Assembly (NCBI GenBank): GCA_041600755.1
Contig: JBFIJL010000004.1
Coordinates: 10,612-74,611 of the forward strand
DNA length: 64,000 nt
DNA from: Candidatus Saccharimonadales bacterium
GTDB lineage: Bacteria; Patescibacteriota; Saccharimonadia; Saccharimonadales; JAXHNE01
Direction: 5' to 3'
Under the pieces are notes generated by a model. That model saw only the letters and a program-made list of their open reading frames with translations. It was not told the DNA's origin and searched no databases. Below, one piece after another: positions 42,779 to 52,679 of this stretch. Numbering within the stretch: position 1 is the first letter of the stretch; every line of letters begins with the position of its first letter. The translations under genes and the position numbers were made by a program.

Positions 42779-42982
42779 TATGACTCCTTCCATTGGTGAA
42801 TGTTAAAACATCCGTGGCTACGCGCTCTAAAGGTGGCCGCAACCTGAAGCCGAGTTATCAGCTGCTTGCAATTATACTACACTCACCCCTGTTGGTCAAG
42901 GAACGCTACGTGCTTGCAAGCGCATCATTGCTCGTGCTTAAATATAACTAGTGAAACAAACTTTGCGGGCGTATCCACAAAC

Positions 42983-43699
42983 ATGAACTACGAGGAAGCA
43001 TCGTACCTCGACAACATACTTCCGCCAGATGCCCGCCTAATAAACCCTAGCAATTTAGATGAAAAAATAAGACCACGCTATGACGAGCGTGGTCTTATTG
43101 ATTTACAAGGCCTGGTTGATGATGTGGCCGCGAGCGTAGACCCGCGGTTCATCTGGCCAACAGACCACCTAAACGTACATCACTTTTACTGGCCAGCGTA
43201 CGAGTACGAGCATCAACGTGGAGGAGAAGTCTATGACAATCCTTCACTATTTCGTAATCTGCCGATACACAAAGGTCTGCTGCCGCACGCTTTCCATGCC
43301 TGGCTACATACTTCAAGTAATCCGCCAGATCAGCCAGATCCAGAAGTCATGATGTACCGCAATGAAGCCTGGATGGTGGTTCGTGGACTGTTTGTAATGG
43401 CTCGTGAGACTGTGCTTACAGAAAAGCGCACCAAGCGCCGTGCGCAATACGTGGCTGACAATCCACATATCTTAAAGCATGAATTTAATGGCCGGGATAT
43501 TATCGGCGAGGAAATCATGCAGGAGCTCTACGAAACGAACTTTGCAGGCGTGCAACGCTATCTTGAGCGTCAAGAAAACATCCCACCAGCTCATCGCATT
43601 ATCGAGCTAGATGAAACACCTAAAAATATCGCAACCACCCTCGGCAGACTGGTCATTCCAAAATCCCTTAACCTCGTTCGGACGCTAAACGCGGCCTAG
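42983..43699 (+). CDS. hypothetical protein with a His-rich, possibly HNH-like (beta-beta-alpha-Me) motif
   Basis: From ATG 42983. Contains LNVHHFYWP...(about 25 aa)...NLPIHKGLLPHAFHAWLH. The assignment is tentative. Confidence 0.5.
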   Translation: MNYEEASYLDNILPPDARLINPSNLDEKIRPRYDERGLIDLQGLVDDVAASVDPRFIWPTDHLNVHHFYWPAYEYEHQRGGEVYDNPSLFRNLPIHKGLLPHAFHAWLHTSSNPPDQPDPEVMMYRNEAWMVVRGLFVMARETVLTEKRTKRRAQYVADNPHILKHEFNGRDIIGEEIMQELYETNFAGVQRYLERQENIPPAHRIIELDETPKNIATTLGRLVIPKSLNLVRTLNAA

Positions 43700-45903
43700 A
43701 AATTCTCTTCGTACATAGCATCTTCTTCGGCGCTGGCGCCAGGACTGCCAAACACATCATCGAGTGAATTAACTAGCACATCGCGTGGACGTGAGCCGTC
43801 AGCTGGACCAATGATTCCCTGCTCTTCCATAGTTTCAATCAAGCGTGAAGCACGTCCATAGCCAATTCGCAGTCGTCGCTGAAGCATGCTGGTACTGGCC
43901 TTACCGCCCTCAATCACTACACGCACGGCGTCTTTCCACATGTCATCATCGGCATCATTCATGCTGGCATCGGCAACGATGCCGCCCTTGCCATTCAACT
44001 GGACTGGCTGGCTTACTACTTCGTCGTCGTACTGCGGTTCACGCTGAGTACGCAAGAAATCGGTAACTTTAGTTGTTTCTTCATCAGAAATAAATGCTGC
44101 CTGCACGCGCATTGGTTTTGGCATGCTGGAAGTTAGGAACAGGGCATCACCAAGACCCAGCAACTTCTCTGCCCCAACCCCATCCAGGATCGTCTTAGAA
44201 TCTACACCACTGGCTGTCGTGAACGCAATACGCGCTGGCACGTTTGCCTTAATAAGTCCGGTAATAACATCAACCGACGGACGCTGAGTAGCAAGCACCA
44301 GGTGAATGCCGGCCGCGCGAGCTTTTTGCGCAAGACGGACAATGAGTGCTTCGACATCACGGGCAGCTGCCATCATAAGATCTGCAAGCTCATCGATCAC
44401 AATCACAATGTACGGCATGCCTTCTTCGTTTTCGAGTGCGTTATACTCGGCGATACTGCGCTTGTTCACAGCTGCCATTGTTTTAAGCCGGCGTTCCATT
44501 TCTGCTACTGCCCACTTCAGCGCACTGATACACTTTTCTGGCTCATTGATAACCGGAGTGAGTAGATGTGGAATATCTTCGTACGGCGCCATTTCAACTT
44601 GCTTTGGATCCACCAAAATAAGCTTTAGATCCGAAGGACTATTGCGGTACAAAAGGCTCGTCAAAAATGTATTAATCATCACCGACTTACCCGATCCTGT
44701 CTGTCCAGCAATCAAAAGGTGTGGCATTTTTGCAAGGTCATTAACCACCGGCGCACCGGCAATATCTCGTCCCAGCACAAAACCAATACTGCCATCCAAG
44801 CTCTTCCAGTCGCTGGTCTGAAATAAGCTCGCAATTCGCACCGTTGCGGCTTTAACATTTGGTACTTCAATACCAACCAAACGCTTACCAGGAATTGGAG
44901 CTTCCATGCGAATGCTGGTTGCAGCCAAATCAAGTGCCAAGTTTCCCTCGAGTGCCGTCAACTTAGTAAGCTTCACGCCAGTTGGCGGCTTAAGCGTGTA
45001 CTGTGTCACGCGAGGACCGATATTCGCCCCCTCCATTTCGACATCTATATTGAAGTTGCCGAGGGTGTCTTTAATAAGGTCAGCGTTGCCCTGTACGTCG
45101 CCAGCATCAGCCTTATCTTGCTTCTTGTTTAGTAGCTCTAATCCTGGGAACTGCCAATCTGGATCACTGGCTGCTGTAAGCGCTTCATGAGTCTCGTTAA
45201 CCGTAAGTTTATGAGCACTGTTTTTGAGGCCACCACGTGACTTTGGTCGCTCGTCTGCAACCGGAGCTGCTCCTCCTCGCTCAACTGGCACGCCTTCGTT
45301 TAGCTTAAATCCAGGTCGTTGACTTGCCTTTTTGAGCTCAGACAAATCAGTATCTTCTTTTGGCGTAGGTTTGAGCAGGCGCAGTAACGACAAAATAACT
45401 CGTGGCGAGATGCTAAAAGTCAAAAACACCGCCAAAACAAAAAATACAAAGAACAAAATGCTTGCCGGAATTTTATTAAGCGCTGTTAAGGCCGCTCCAC
45501 CAACAACCGATCCAATAAATCCACCCGTGTCACCTTCATAAGCACCACTGCGAAGTTGCTCTGCGAACGTTACATGCAGCCAACTAGAAGCCAGCACCAA
45601 AGCGCCACTCATGCTCATAAACTTTGTTAGTGGAATACGATGGTCATCTGTAATAAATTTCCAATAACTAAAGTAAAGCAATGCAAATGGAATCAAATAG
45701 GCGGTCATTCCACTCACAGAATAAGCGGCTTCAAACAAGCCAACCGGCAGTGGCCCGCCAGCATCGAATCCGCCAAGCAGCATAAATAGTGCAACCACCA
45801 CTAGCAAGATAGCGAATGAAAGAGGCCAAAAACTTGAGCGCTCTTGAACAACCTGCTTTGGTGCTGCTTTTTTTCGACTTGTTTTCTTTTTTCTTTTTGC
45901 CAT
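43696..45903 (-). CDS. ftsK: DNA translocase FtsK/SpoIIIE
   Basis: N-terminal TM helices, Walker A GQTGSGKS, VIVIDELADLM, and a gamma-domain wHTH (ASTSMLQRRLRIGYGRASRLI). Confidence 0.9.
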   Translation of the reverse strand: MAKRKKKTSRKKAAPKQVVQERSSFWPLSFAILLVVVALFMLLGGFDAGGPLPVGLFEAAYSVSGMTAYLIPFALLYFSYWKFITDDHRIPLTKFMSMSGALVLASSWLHVTFAEQLRSGAYEGDTGGFIGSVVGGAALTALNKIPASILFFVFFVLAVFLTFSISPRVILSLLRLLKPTPKEDTDLSELKKASQRPGFKLNEGVPVERGGAAPVADERPKSRGGLKNSAHKLTVNETHEALTAASDPDWQFPGLELLNKKQDKADAGDVQGNADLIKDTLGNFNIDVEMEGANIGPRVTQYTLKPPTGVKLTKLTALEGNLALDLAATSIRMEAPIPGKRLVGIEVPNVKAATVRIASLFQTSDWKSLDGSIGFVLGRDIAGAPVVNDLAKMPHLLIAGQTGSGKSVMINTFLTSLLYRNSPSDLKLILVDPKQVEMAPYEDIPHLLTPVINEPEKCISALKWAVAEMERRLKTMAAVNKRSIAEYNALENEEGMPYIVIVIDELADLMMAAARDVEALIVRLAQKARAAGIHLVLATQRPSVDVITGLIKANVPARIAFTTASGVDSKTILDGVGAEKLLGLGDALFLTSSMPKPMRVQAAFISDEETTKVTDFLRTQREPQYDDEVVSQPVQLNGKGGIVADASMNDADDDMWKDAVRVVIEGGKASTSMLQRRLRIGYGRASRLIETMEEQGIIGPADGSRPRDVLVNSLDDVFGSPGASAEEDAMYEENF

Positions 45904-45923
45904 GTAACTTGCCTATTATACCG

Positions 45924-46163
45924 CTAATCTTCGTCTGCCGAAAGGTCTAAATCTTCTCGTGATATGCCGAGTTCATCTTGGCGCTGCCAGACTGACTGGT
46001 CCATATCAGCGTGCAATCTCTGCAAACTGTCATCATCCGGGTTCTCATATAACTGATCGGCCGCAATTTTACGTGCCACCAGCCTATTGAGCAATTGTTC
46101 ATCGCCACGAGAATCTCTTATTAGATCTGGATCTTGGTATGGACTATTGTTTTCATTTTCCAC
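45924..46163 (-). CDS. small acidic hypothetical protein (79 aa)
   Basis: ORF with a D/E-rich sequence, packed upstream of ftsK. Confidence 0.45.
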   Translation of the reverse strand: MENENNSPYQDPDLIRDSRGDEQLLNRLVARKIAADQLYENPDDDSLQRLHADMDQSVWQRQDELGISREDLDLSADED

Positions 46164-46222
46164 ACCAGTATTATAGCAAAAATTACATCATTTGTCAATA
46201 ATGCGTCAAGATTTTAACATTT

Positions 46223-46768
46223 TTATGCTAAGTAGGTAGTTGCGACTATAACTGAGTGAAATGCGATAACGTACGTAGACTGAATAAGTAATACATTACT
46301 CCTTGCCTTACCACCTTGTGAAAAATATATCCACATACTAAACATGTAGGCAACGGCAACGCATGCCCATAACGTAGAGAATAAGCTCAACTCTCCGTAA
46401 ATCAATAACAATATAATCATAGGTAGCAACATTATGTGCATAAAAAATGCTGATATCGTATGAATTCTGGTCTTTAGCGGAGTAGTTCCTGCGACCCACC
46501 CAGCAATAAATTGACCAATGCAACCGAATGCAATTAACCATGTAAAAAAAATCGGTAAAGACAGGTTGGGCACAAACCATTGATCTACAAAAATATAGAA
46601 AACTGGAAGAGTTACTGTGAAAAGTAAGCCATAGTAAATATTTGACGAAAGGTGTTGTGCAGCATGATCACTAAACGTCATACTCTTGTTGCCTTGCCAT
46701 TTTCGAATCATAAAAAGCAAACCAGACCAAGTCATGATTATTGCTATTAATCCATAATGTTTAACCAT
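46223..46768 (-). CDS. polytopic membrane protein, unknown function (181 aa)
   Basis: Five or six hydrophobic helices. No motif recognised. Confidence 0.55.
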   Translation of the reverse strand: MVKHYGLIAIIMTWSGLLFMIRKWQGNKSMTFSDHAAQHLSSNIYYGLLFTVTLPVFYIFVDQWFVPNLSLPIFFTWLIAFGCIGQFIAGWVAGTTPLKTRIHTISAFFMHIMLLPMIILLLIYGELSLFSTLWACVAVAYMFSMWIYFSQGGKARSNVLLIQSTYVIAFHSVIVATTYLA

Positions 46769-46995
46769 TTATACATTGTACCTTACGACGCAGGCTTCTT
46801 TATCCTCCTGATGAGTGAGCGTCCAAAAGCACAATTCTTGCCGAGGACTTGTTTGAGAGCCCACCTTCATATAATAAGAAAGTGGGCTTCGAGTTGTCCG
46901 AGCATTGTGCCTTTTGACAATGAAGTCATAAAGAGGTTAAAGCGCCTGTCGGCTTTTGGCTTCCGTTTTGCCGAAACAAAATGGAAGAAAGGTAA

Positions 46996-49098
46996 CTAGT
47001 CTGTTCGGGCGTCTTGGCCAAGTAGCTTCGCACGCATTTCTTCAAAGCGCTTCTGTTGTTCTGCGGCAATTTCTTCCGGTGTTGATTCTTTCACCTGCGG
47101 TTCTTCAGACTTAGAGTTTTGCTTCTTGTCATTGTTTTGCGGTTTGCCATTTCCATTGCCGCCAGCTGTTCCGCCGCGACCATTTATGACGTTAACGACA
47201 GGAATGACAATTGGGCTTCGACCAGTTTGTTCGTACAAAAAGTGCATGACGTGTTCTTTGATTTCTTGTTTGAAACGATCTAGTTCAATTCGCTTGAATC
47301 GCTGCTGGACAGCGCGGCGCAGTTCATTGCGCAGACCATTCATGACCTCTTCATTCTCGCGCATGTAGATAAATCCACGGCTGATGATGTCTGGACTTGT
47401 GAGTGTCGCCCCAGTTTTACGGTCAACGGTAAGTACCACTGCAACAAGACCCTCTTCAGCCAAGATTAAGCGATCCTTGATAACCACACCATTTACGGTT
47501 GCGCCAGTTTGGTCAACTAGCACAATGCCTGTTGGCACATTACCAGTTACCTGCATAGCATCTTTACTAAACTCAATAACATCACCGTTATCTGCGTTTA
47601 GAGTATTTTTACGCGGGATGCCTTCTTCTACAGCTAGTTCGATGTGCTGCAACTTACTTGTGTAGTCACCGTAAATTGGTACGAAGAATTTTGGCTTTGT
47701 AAAGTTGATGATGTCTTTATACTCATCAATGCTGGCATGTCCTGATACGTGAAGCGGACCGTGGCCGCCAAGTTCACGCGTAATGTGTTGGAAAACGTGG
47801 ACATGCTTGCGGTGCAAGTCGTCAACCATAGATCGAATCTTGGAGTCGTTTCCAGAGTATGGGATTGGGCTACTCGAAAGAATAACTGAATCCTGCTCTT
47901 TTAGCTTAATGTGGCGGTGCTCGCCATTGCTCATTCGCTGTAGTGCTGAGCTTGGCTCACCCTGTGATCCAGTACAAACCACGACAACATCTGTGTCTTT
48001 CATGTTTGGAACGCTAGCAATTGGCACGAATGTACCCTTTGGCACCTTAAAGAAGCCATGGCGAACAGCCATTTCTAGCGTACTAATCATGCTTCGACCA
48101 TCCATGGCCACTTTCTTATTATGATGTACGGCAGCGTTAATGAGCATCTGTACACGGTTCATGTTTGTACTAAACAAACCGATAAAAATTCGGCCTGGAG
48201 CCTGCGCCATAATGTCCATGAATGACTGCTCAATAGTACTCTCACTTGGTGTTCGGCCAAGTCGTTCGGTAGTTGTGCTTTCTGATAGAAGAGCTAGTAC
48301 ACCTTCGTCACCCATTTGCTTGATGCGCTCAATGTCCGTTCGTTCGTGGTCGAGAGGATTTGGGTCAAGACGGAAGTCACCGGTGTTAATGAGGCGTCCA
48401 ACAGGTGTGTCGACGGCAATCATCGTACTACCTGGAATGGAGTGAGTAACACGGATAAGCTCGACGAAGAATTCACCAATCTTAAGTCGCTCGTGGGTAT
48501 CCTCATTCATCATAACGGTTCGTAGTTCAAAGCCTTCTGGCATCGGCGGACCAAAGTTGCCAAATATTTCTTCAACACGTCCGATAGTGAACTTAGATCC
48601 GTAAATTGGCGCCGGAAAGTTCGGCACAATGTGCGGCAACCCACCAATGTGGTCAAGGTGACCGTGGGTGATGACATATGCCTTGATCTTGTGCTTGATA
48701 GTTTCGAGGTAGCTGGTATCACAAATACCATAGTTAATGCCCGGAAGATCGACACCAAGGTCATTTCCGCAGTCCATAATGATTGCGTCATTCTTGTATT
48801 CAACAACAATCATATTCTTTGAACCGCCGCCGTCGTTACCACCAATTGGTATAACTTTTAGGCGTGGTGAATCGTCGATAAAGTTGGCGCGCTTCTTGGG
48901 CTTATCACCCTGCTTATCACCATCTTTGCTGCCGGGATTCATTTCATATTGCTGCAAGATGCGTTGCGCATCTTGCTGGCTTCGTCGCTGTGCTCGAATT
49001 GCAGCACCACGACCAGAAGGTCGACCATTGCCGGCTGCTGGTTTATTTTGATTCTGTGCAGGCTTGTTATTATTCCTGCTAGGTTTTTTTGGATTCAC
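46996..49098 (-). CDS. rnj: ribonuclease J with basic, disordered N- and C-terminal extensions
   Basis: MBL motif VITHGHLDHIGG, a beta-CASP region, and HVSGHAS. Has an ~85-aa K/R/Q/N-rich N-terminal extension. Confidence 0.9.
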   Translation of the reverse strand: MNPKKPSRNNNKPAQNQNKPAAGNGRPSGRGAAIRAQRRSQQDAQRILQQYEMNPGSKDGDKQGDKPKKRANFIDDSPRLKVIPIGGNDGGGSKNMIVVEYKNDAIIMDCGNDLGVDLPGINYGICDTSYLETIKHKIKAYVITHGHLDHIGGLPHIVPNFPAPIYGSKFTIGRVEEIFGNFGPPMPEGFELRTVMMNEDTHERLKIGEFFVELIRVTHSIPGSTMIAVDTPVGRLINTGDFRLDPNPLDHERTDIERIKQMGDEGVLALLSESTTTERLGRTPSESTIEQSFMDIMAQAPGRIFIGLFSTNMNRVQMLINAAVHHNKKVAMDGRSMISTLEMAVRHGFFKVPKGTFVPIASVPNMKDTDVVVVCTGSQGEPSSALQRMSNGEHRHIKLKEQDSVILSSSPIPYSGNDSKIRSMVDDLHRKHVHVFQHITRELGGHGPLHVSGHASIDEYKDIINFTKPKFFVPIYGDYTSKLQHIELAVEEGIPRKNTLNADNGDVIEFSKDAMQVTGNVPTGIVLVDQTGATVNGVVIKDRLILAEEGLVAVVLTVDRKTGATLTSPDIISRGFIYMRENEEVMNGLRNELRRAVQQRFKRIELDRFKQEIKEHVMHFLYEQTGRSPIVIPVVNVINGRGGTAGGNGNGKPQNNDKKQNSKSEEPQVKESTPEEIAAEQQKRFEEMRAKLLGQDARTD

Positions 49099-49102
49099 TG
49101 TA

Positions 49103-49705
49103 TTAGTTTCCTTTCAGTAAATTTACGTTGGTTAATTTCTTTATTAATGTTGGGATGTGAGAAAAATCATCAAGTAGTGTCTGTCTCAGTCCCCCGTTAT
49201 ATAGTGCTGCTGCTGGATGATACAGCGGTAGGATGTTCCATGTCCGCTGCTCGACCCTGAGCTTCTGCACTTGTCCGTGAACGTCACCAATTTGTACGTC
49301 CGGCAAGAAGCAGTTCATGCTATGGCGACCAAGAGTCACCACAATCACTGGCTGAATTACTTCTAGCTGGGCGTATAAATATGGCATAAACGCCTGTTTC
49401 TCGCCGACTTTAGGGTCACGATTGTTTGGCGGCCTATACTTCACGATATTGGTAATGTACACATCGCTGCGCTGCAAGTCTGCATGCGCAAGCATTTGGT
49501 TCAAGAACTTTCCACTGGCTCCAACAAATGGCTTGCCTGTCTGATCTTCTTTCTTTCCTGGAGCTTCACCTATCAGTACGATGCGTGCGTCGGGATTTCC
49601 ATCGCCCAACACCAACTGAGTGGCCTGCTTGGCCAGGTCTGGGCAGACATTATTGTTTATAATCTCTGCCGCAATCTGGTCAAGATGCGCTTGCTTGTCC
49701 ACCAA
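49103..49705 (-). CDS. uracil-DNA glycosylase, family 4
   Basis: VLIGEAPGKKEDQTGKPFVGASGKFL and HPAAALYN. Confidence 0.85.
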   Translation of the reverse strand: MVDKQAHLDQIAAEIINNNVCPDLAKQATQLVLGDGNPDARIVLIGEAPGKKEDQTGKPFVGASGKFLNQMLAHADLQRSDVYITNIVKYRPPNNRDPKVGEKQAFMPYLYAQLEVIQPVIVVTLGRHSMNCFLPDVQIGDVHGQVQKLRVEQRTWNILPLYHPAAALYNGGLRQTLLDDFSHIPTLIKKLTNVNLLKGN

Positions 49706-49706
49706 T

Positions 49707-49937
49707 TTACTTCTTGAGTAAGCCAGTTTTTACAAACATGAACATATTCCTGAATCCACCAATAAGGGCTACGATTGCAAATGCATACGTCACTAGCGAA
49801 CCGTTATCGATTGCTAAGCTTGCAAATGCGTATACAAGCGACAGCTCAATCAGCGCAAACACCAAGTACCCTGTCGTCGTCTTGTGCCATGCATCAAGCA
49901 CAGCTATAAATGACTGATTTTTCTTAGCCTTAGCCAT
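49707..49937 (-). CDS. small two-TM membrane protein, hypothetical
   Basis: MAKAKKNQSFIAVLDAWHKTTTGYLVFALIEL...AIVALIGGF. Start choice (49937 or 49961) is uncertain. Confidence 0.4.
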   Translation of the reverse strand: MAKAKKNQSFIAVLDAWHKTTTGYLVFALIELSLVYAFASLAIDNGSLVTYAFAIVALIGGFRNMFMFVKTGLLKK

Positions 49938-52080
49938 TTCCTTGTTCTTTCTTAGCGGCACGCATGCTTAGCTGCAGGCGACCACGGTCATCGATGGCAA
50001 CTAGCTTAACTGTGACTTTATCGCCTTCACTCACAACATCACCGGTCTTTTCGACACGCTCATCGGACAGTTCACTAATGTGCACTAGCCCGTCCTTGCC
50101 TGGCATGATCTGTACAAATGCGCCAAAGTCCATAACGCTCACCACTGGAACATCTTCATAGATCTTCCCAACTTCTGGCTCTGCAACAATATCTTGGATC
50201 ATCTTTTTGGCGGCATCAATTGATTCACCATCCGGACTGGCAACCATCACGGTACCGTCGTCTTTGATGTCAATCTGAGCGCCTGTTTCAGCAATAATAC
50301 GGTTGATGGTTTCACCACCCTTACCGATCACTTCACGAATCTTATCTGGGTTAATGCTGATAGCCTCAACGCGTGGCGCAAACTTACTCATCTCATCGCG
50401 CGGACCAGCAAGCACATCAAGCATGTGTTGCAAAATGTGTGTGCGGCCGTCTTTTCCTTGGGTTAGTGCTTTTCGAAGGATTGAAACAGGCAACCCGTGT
50501 ACTTTCATATCCATCTGCAAGGCAGTTATACCTTTACTGGTTCCAGTTACCTTAAAGTCCATATCACCAGCAAAATCTTCGGCGTCAGCAATGTCACTCA
50601 TAATATAAGGCGTGTCGCCATCCATCATAAGTCCCATCGCGATTCCACTCACGGGCCGCTTGATTGGAACTCCGGCGTCCATTAACGCCAAACAGCTAGA
50701 GCAGGTTGCTGCCATAGATGTTGAACCATGCTGGCTCATGATTTCTGTAACTGTCCGAATGGTGTACGGAAAATCTGCCTCGTCTGGGATTACTGGAAGT
50801 AGTGCACGTTCAGCGAGGTAACCATGGCCGATTTCACGTCGCCCAGGCCCCATCAGTCGCTTAACTTCGCCAACTGTGTATCCTGGCGCATTAAAGTGGT
50901 GCATATAACGCTTTTCGACGTCATTGTGCTCCATTGTGTCGAGCATTTGCGCAAAGCTAAGTGGCGCCAGAGTCACAATGTTAATACCCTGTGTCATTCC
51001 ACGAGTGAAAATGCTTGAACCGTGTGCTCGCGGCAATAGCCCTACTTGTGAACTAAGGGTTCGGATTTCTGTTAGTTTTCGGCCGTCAGGTCGAGTCTGA
51101 TCGTTGATGATACCAGCGCGCACATCATTGTCGACAACTTTTTCCATCGCGCTGTGATAATCATGTTTCACCTTGGCAAATTCTTCTTCGCCAAGTGATT
51201 CAGTGAAATGCTCATCAAGGTCTTTGTAGAGCTGGTCAATCTTGGCGTTTCGCTCTGGGTAGTCCATGCGAACATTCTTTCCAAGATTTTCACTAGCCCA
51301 TGAGCTGACAGCCTCATATATAGAAGCTTCTGGTAGAAATAGCTCATATTCTTGAGTTGTCACACCAACTTTTTTAACAAGTTCTTTCTGTAACTCAATT
51401 GCTGGCTGCATCGCCTCTTGCGCCCACTCCATAGCGTCGGCCACGAGCTCTTCGCTGACTTCATTGGCGCCAGCCTCAACCATCATAATTCCCTTGTCTG
51501 TTCCGGCAACAACTAAATCAAGAGGGTTCTTTGCAGATTCTTCAGGACTAAGGAATGCCTTAAACCCATTCTCGTTTTCTGGGTCAACACCAACACGCAG
51601 TCCAGATACTGGACCTTCAAATGGAGCACCAGTTAGCATGAATGCCGTCGATACTGCAATCATAGCAATCATGTCTGGGCGGAAGCTTGGATCCATGCTC
51701 AGCACCGTTCCAACACCTTGTACTTCTCGCTTGTAGCCTTTTGGCCATAGTGGGCGAATTGGACGATCGATGATACGGCTAATTAGCACAGCATCCTCAC
51801 TCGGTCGACCTTCACGCTTAATAAATCGTGAGCCACTGATTTTGCCAGCTGCATACATTTTTTCTTCGTAGTCAATGCTTAGCGGAAAATAGCCAAAATC
51901 TGGCAGGTCTTTTCGTCCAACCATGGCTGTTCCAAGTACGACTGTATCGCCGTAGCGAACAATAACGGATGCCGAAGTGCGGAATCCAACACGGTTTACT
52001 TCCATGCTCAGTGTCTGACCGCAGAAATCGGTCTCTACTTTGATAATGTCTTTTCCAAATGGGTTTACGATGTCTCCCAT
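49930..52080 (-). CDS. pnp: polyribonucleotide nucleotidyltransferase (PNPase)
   Basis: Two RNase PH domains, a KH domain (IGKGGETINRI) and an S1 domain (GAFVQIMPGKDGLVHISE). Confidence 0.93.
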   Translation of the reverse strand: MGDIVNPFGKDIIKVETDFCGQTLSMEVNRVGFRTSASVIVRYGDTVVLGTAMVGRKDLPDFGYFPLSIDYEEKMYAAGKISGSRFIKREGRPSEDAVLISRIIDRPIRPLWPKGYKREVQGVGTVLSMDPSFRPDMIAMIAVSTAFMLTGAPFEGPVSGLRVGVDPENENGFKAFLSPEESAKNPLDLVVAGTDKGIMMVEAGANEVSEELVADAMEWAQEAMQPAIELQKELVKKVGVTTQEYELFLPEASIYEAVSSWASENLGKNVRMDYPERNAKIDQLYKDLDEHFTESLGEEEFAKVKHDYHSAMEKVVDNDVRAGIINDQTRPDGRKLTEIRTLSSQVGLLPRAHGSSIFTRGMTQGINIVTLAPLSFAQMLDTMEHNDVEKRYMHHFNAPGYTVGEVKRLMGPGRREIGHGYLAERALLPVIPDEADFPYTIRTVTEIMSQHGSTSMAATCSSCLALMDAGVPIKRPVSGIAMGLMMDGDTPYIMSDIADAEDFAGDMDFKVTGTSKGITALQMDMKVHGLPVSILRKALTQGKDGRTHILQHMLDVLAGPRDEMSKFAPRVEAISINPDKIREVIGKGGETINRIIAETGAQIDIKDDGTVMVASPDGESIDAAKKMIQDIVAEPEVGKIYEDVPVVSVMDFGAFVQIMPGKDGLVHISELSDERVEKTGDVVSEGDKVTVKLVAIDDRGRLQLSMRAAKKEQGNG

Positions 52081-52239
52081 GTACTTCCTTTCGTGCTATC
52101 ACTCATAGAGTGCAAATATACAACTGTCATCCTGTGCAATATGCCGACAGGTATATCTGGTGTCTATGAATGATTGTTTGCTTGTTTTAATGTGCACAAG
52201 CTCGTCCCTTGCGAGATGCAAGGGAGTAGTCTGAGCAAA

Positions 52240-52506
52240 TTATTTACGGATGCCGAGTTTTTTGATCAGCGCCAAATACGCTTCACCGTCTTTGCTGGCG
52301 ATGTACTTGAGTAGTCGCTTGCGCTTACCAACAGCCTGCAGTAGTCCACGACGAGCCATGAAATCATGCTTGTGCGTCTTGAGGTGACCAGTAAGTTCAA
52401 TAATTCGTTCTGTGAGGATTCCTACCTGTACGGCTGGGCTTCCAACATCGTTTTTGTCGGCCTGTAAGTCTTTAATAATTTTAGTCTTCTTCTCTGCGCT
52501 GATCAT
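52240..52506 (-). CDS. rpsO: 30S ribosomal protein S15
   Basis: GSPAVQVGILTERIIELTGHLKTHKHDFMARRGLL. The rpsO-pnp order includes an intervening hairpin tcccttgc/gcaaggga at about 52207-52227. Confidence 0.93.
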   Translation of the reverse strand: MISAEKKTKIIKDLQADKNDVGSPAVQVGILTERIIELTGHLKTHKHDFMARRGLLQAVGKRKRLLKYIASKDGEAYLALIKKLGIRK

Positions 52507-52679
52507 TCAATTTCCTTGTTTAAATTATAAGAGATAGATGGCGTTACCAAAGAATATAGCATGTCTACCCCAGTTATGCAACACTTTGATCGCTACAATA
52601 GCCACATCACATCCACTTACCATTGGGAACAATACGGGGATGAAGTTCACGAATGTAATATATTATAGCGATAATACAC

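Noticed and set aside
46801-46845. CUGAUGAG string suggesting a hammerhead ribozyme core
   Set aside because: There is no matching CGAAA element and no three-helix junction around it, so this is a chance heptamer.
46769-46995. Riboswitch in the 226-bp ORF-free region upstream of the membrane protein gene 46223..46768
   Set aside because: One hairpin is present (agcccac/gtgggct), but I could match no known riboswitch core (fluoride, guanidine, preQ1, ZTP, PRPP). The 80-aa plus-strand ORF here also looks spurious.

Left unassigned.
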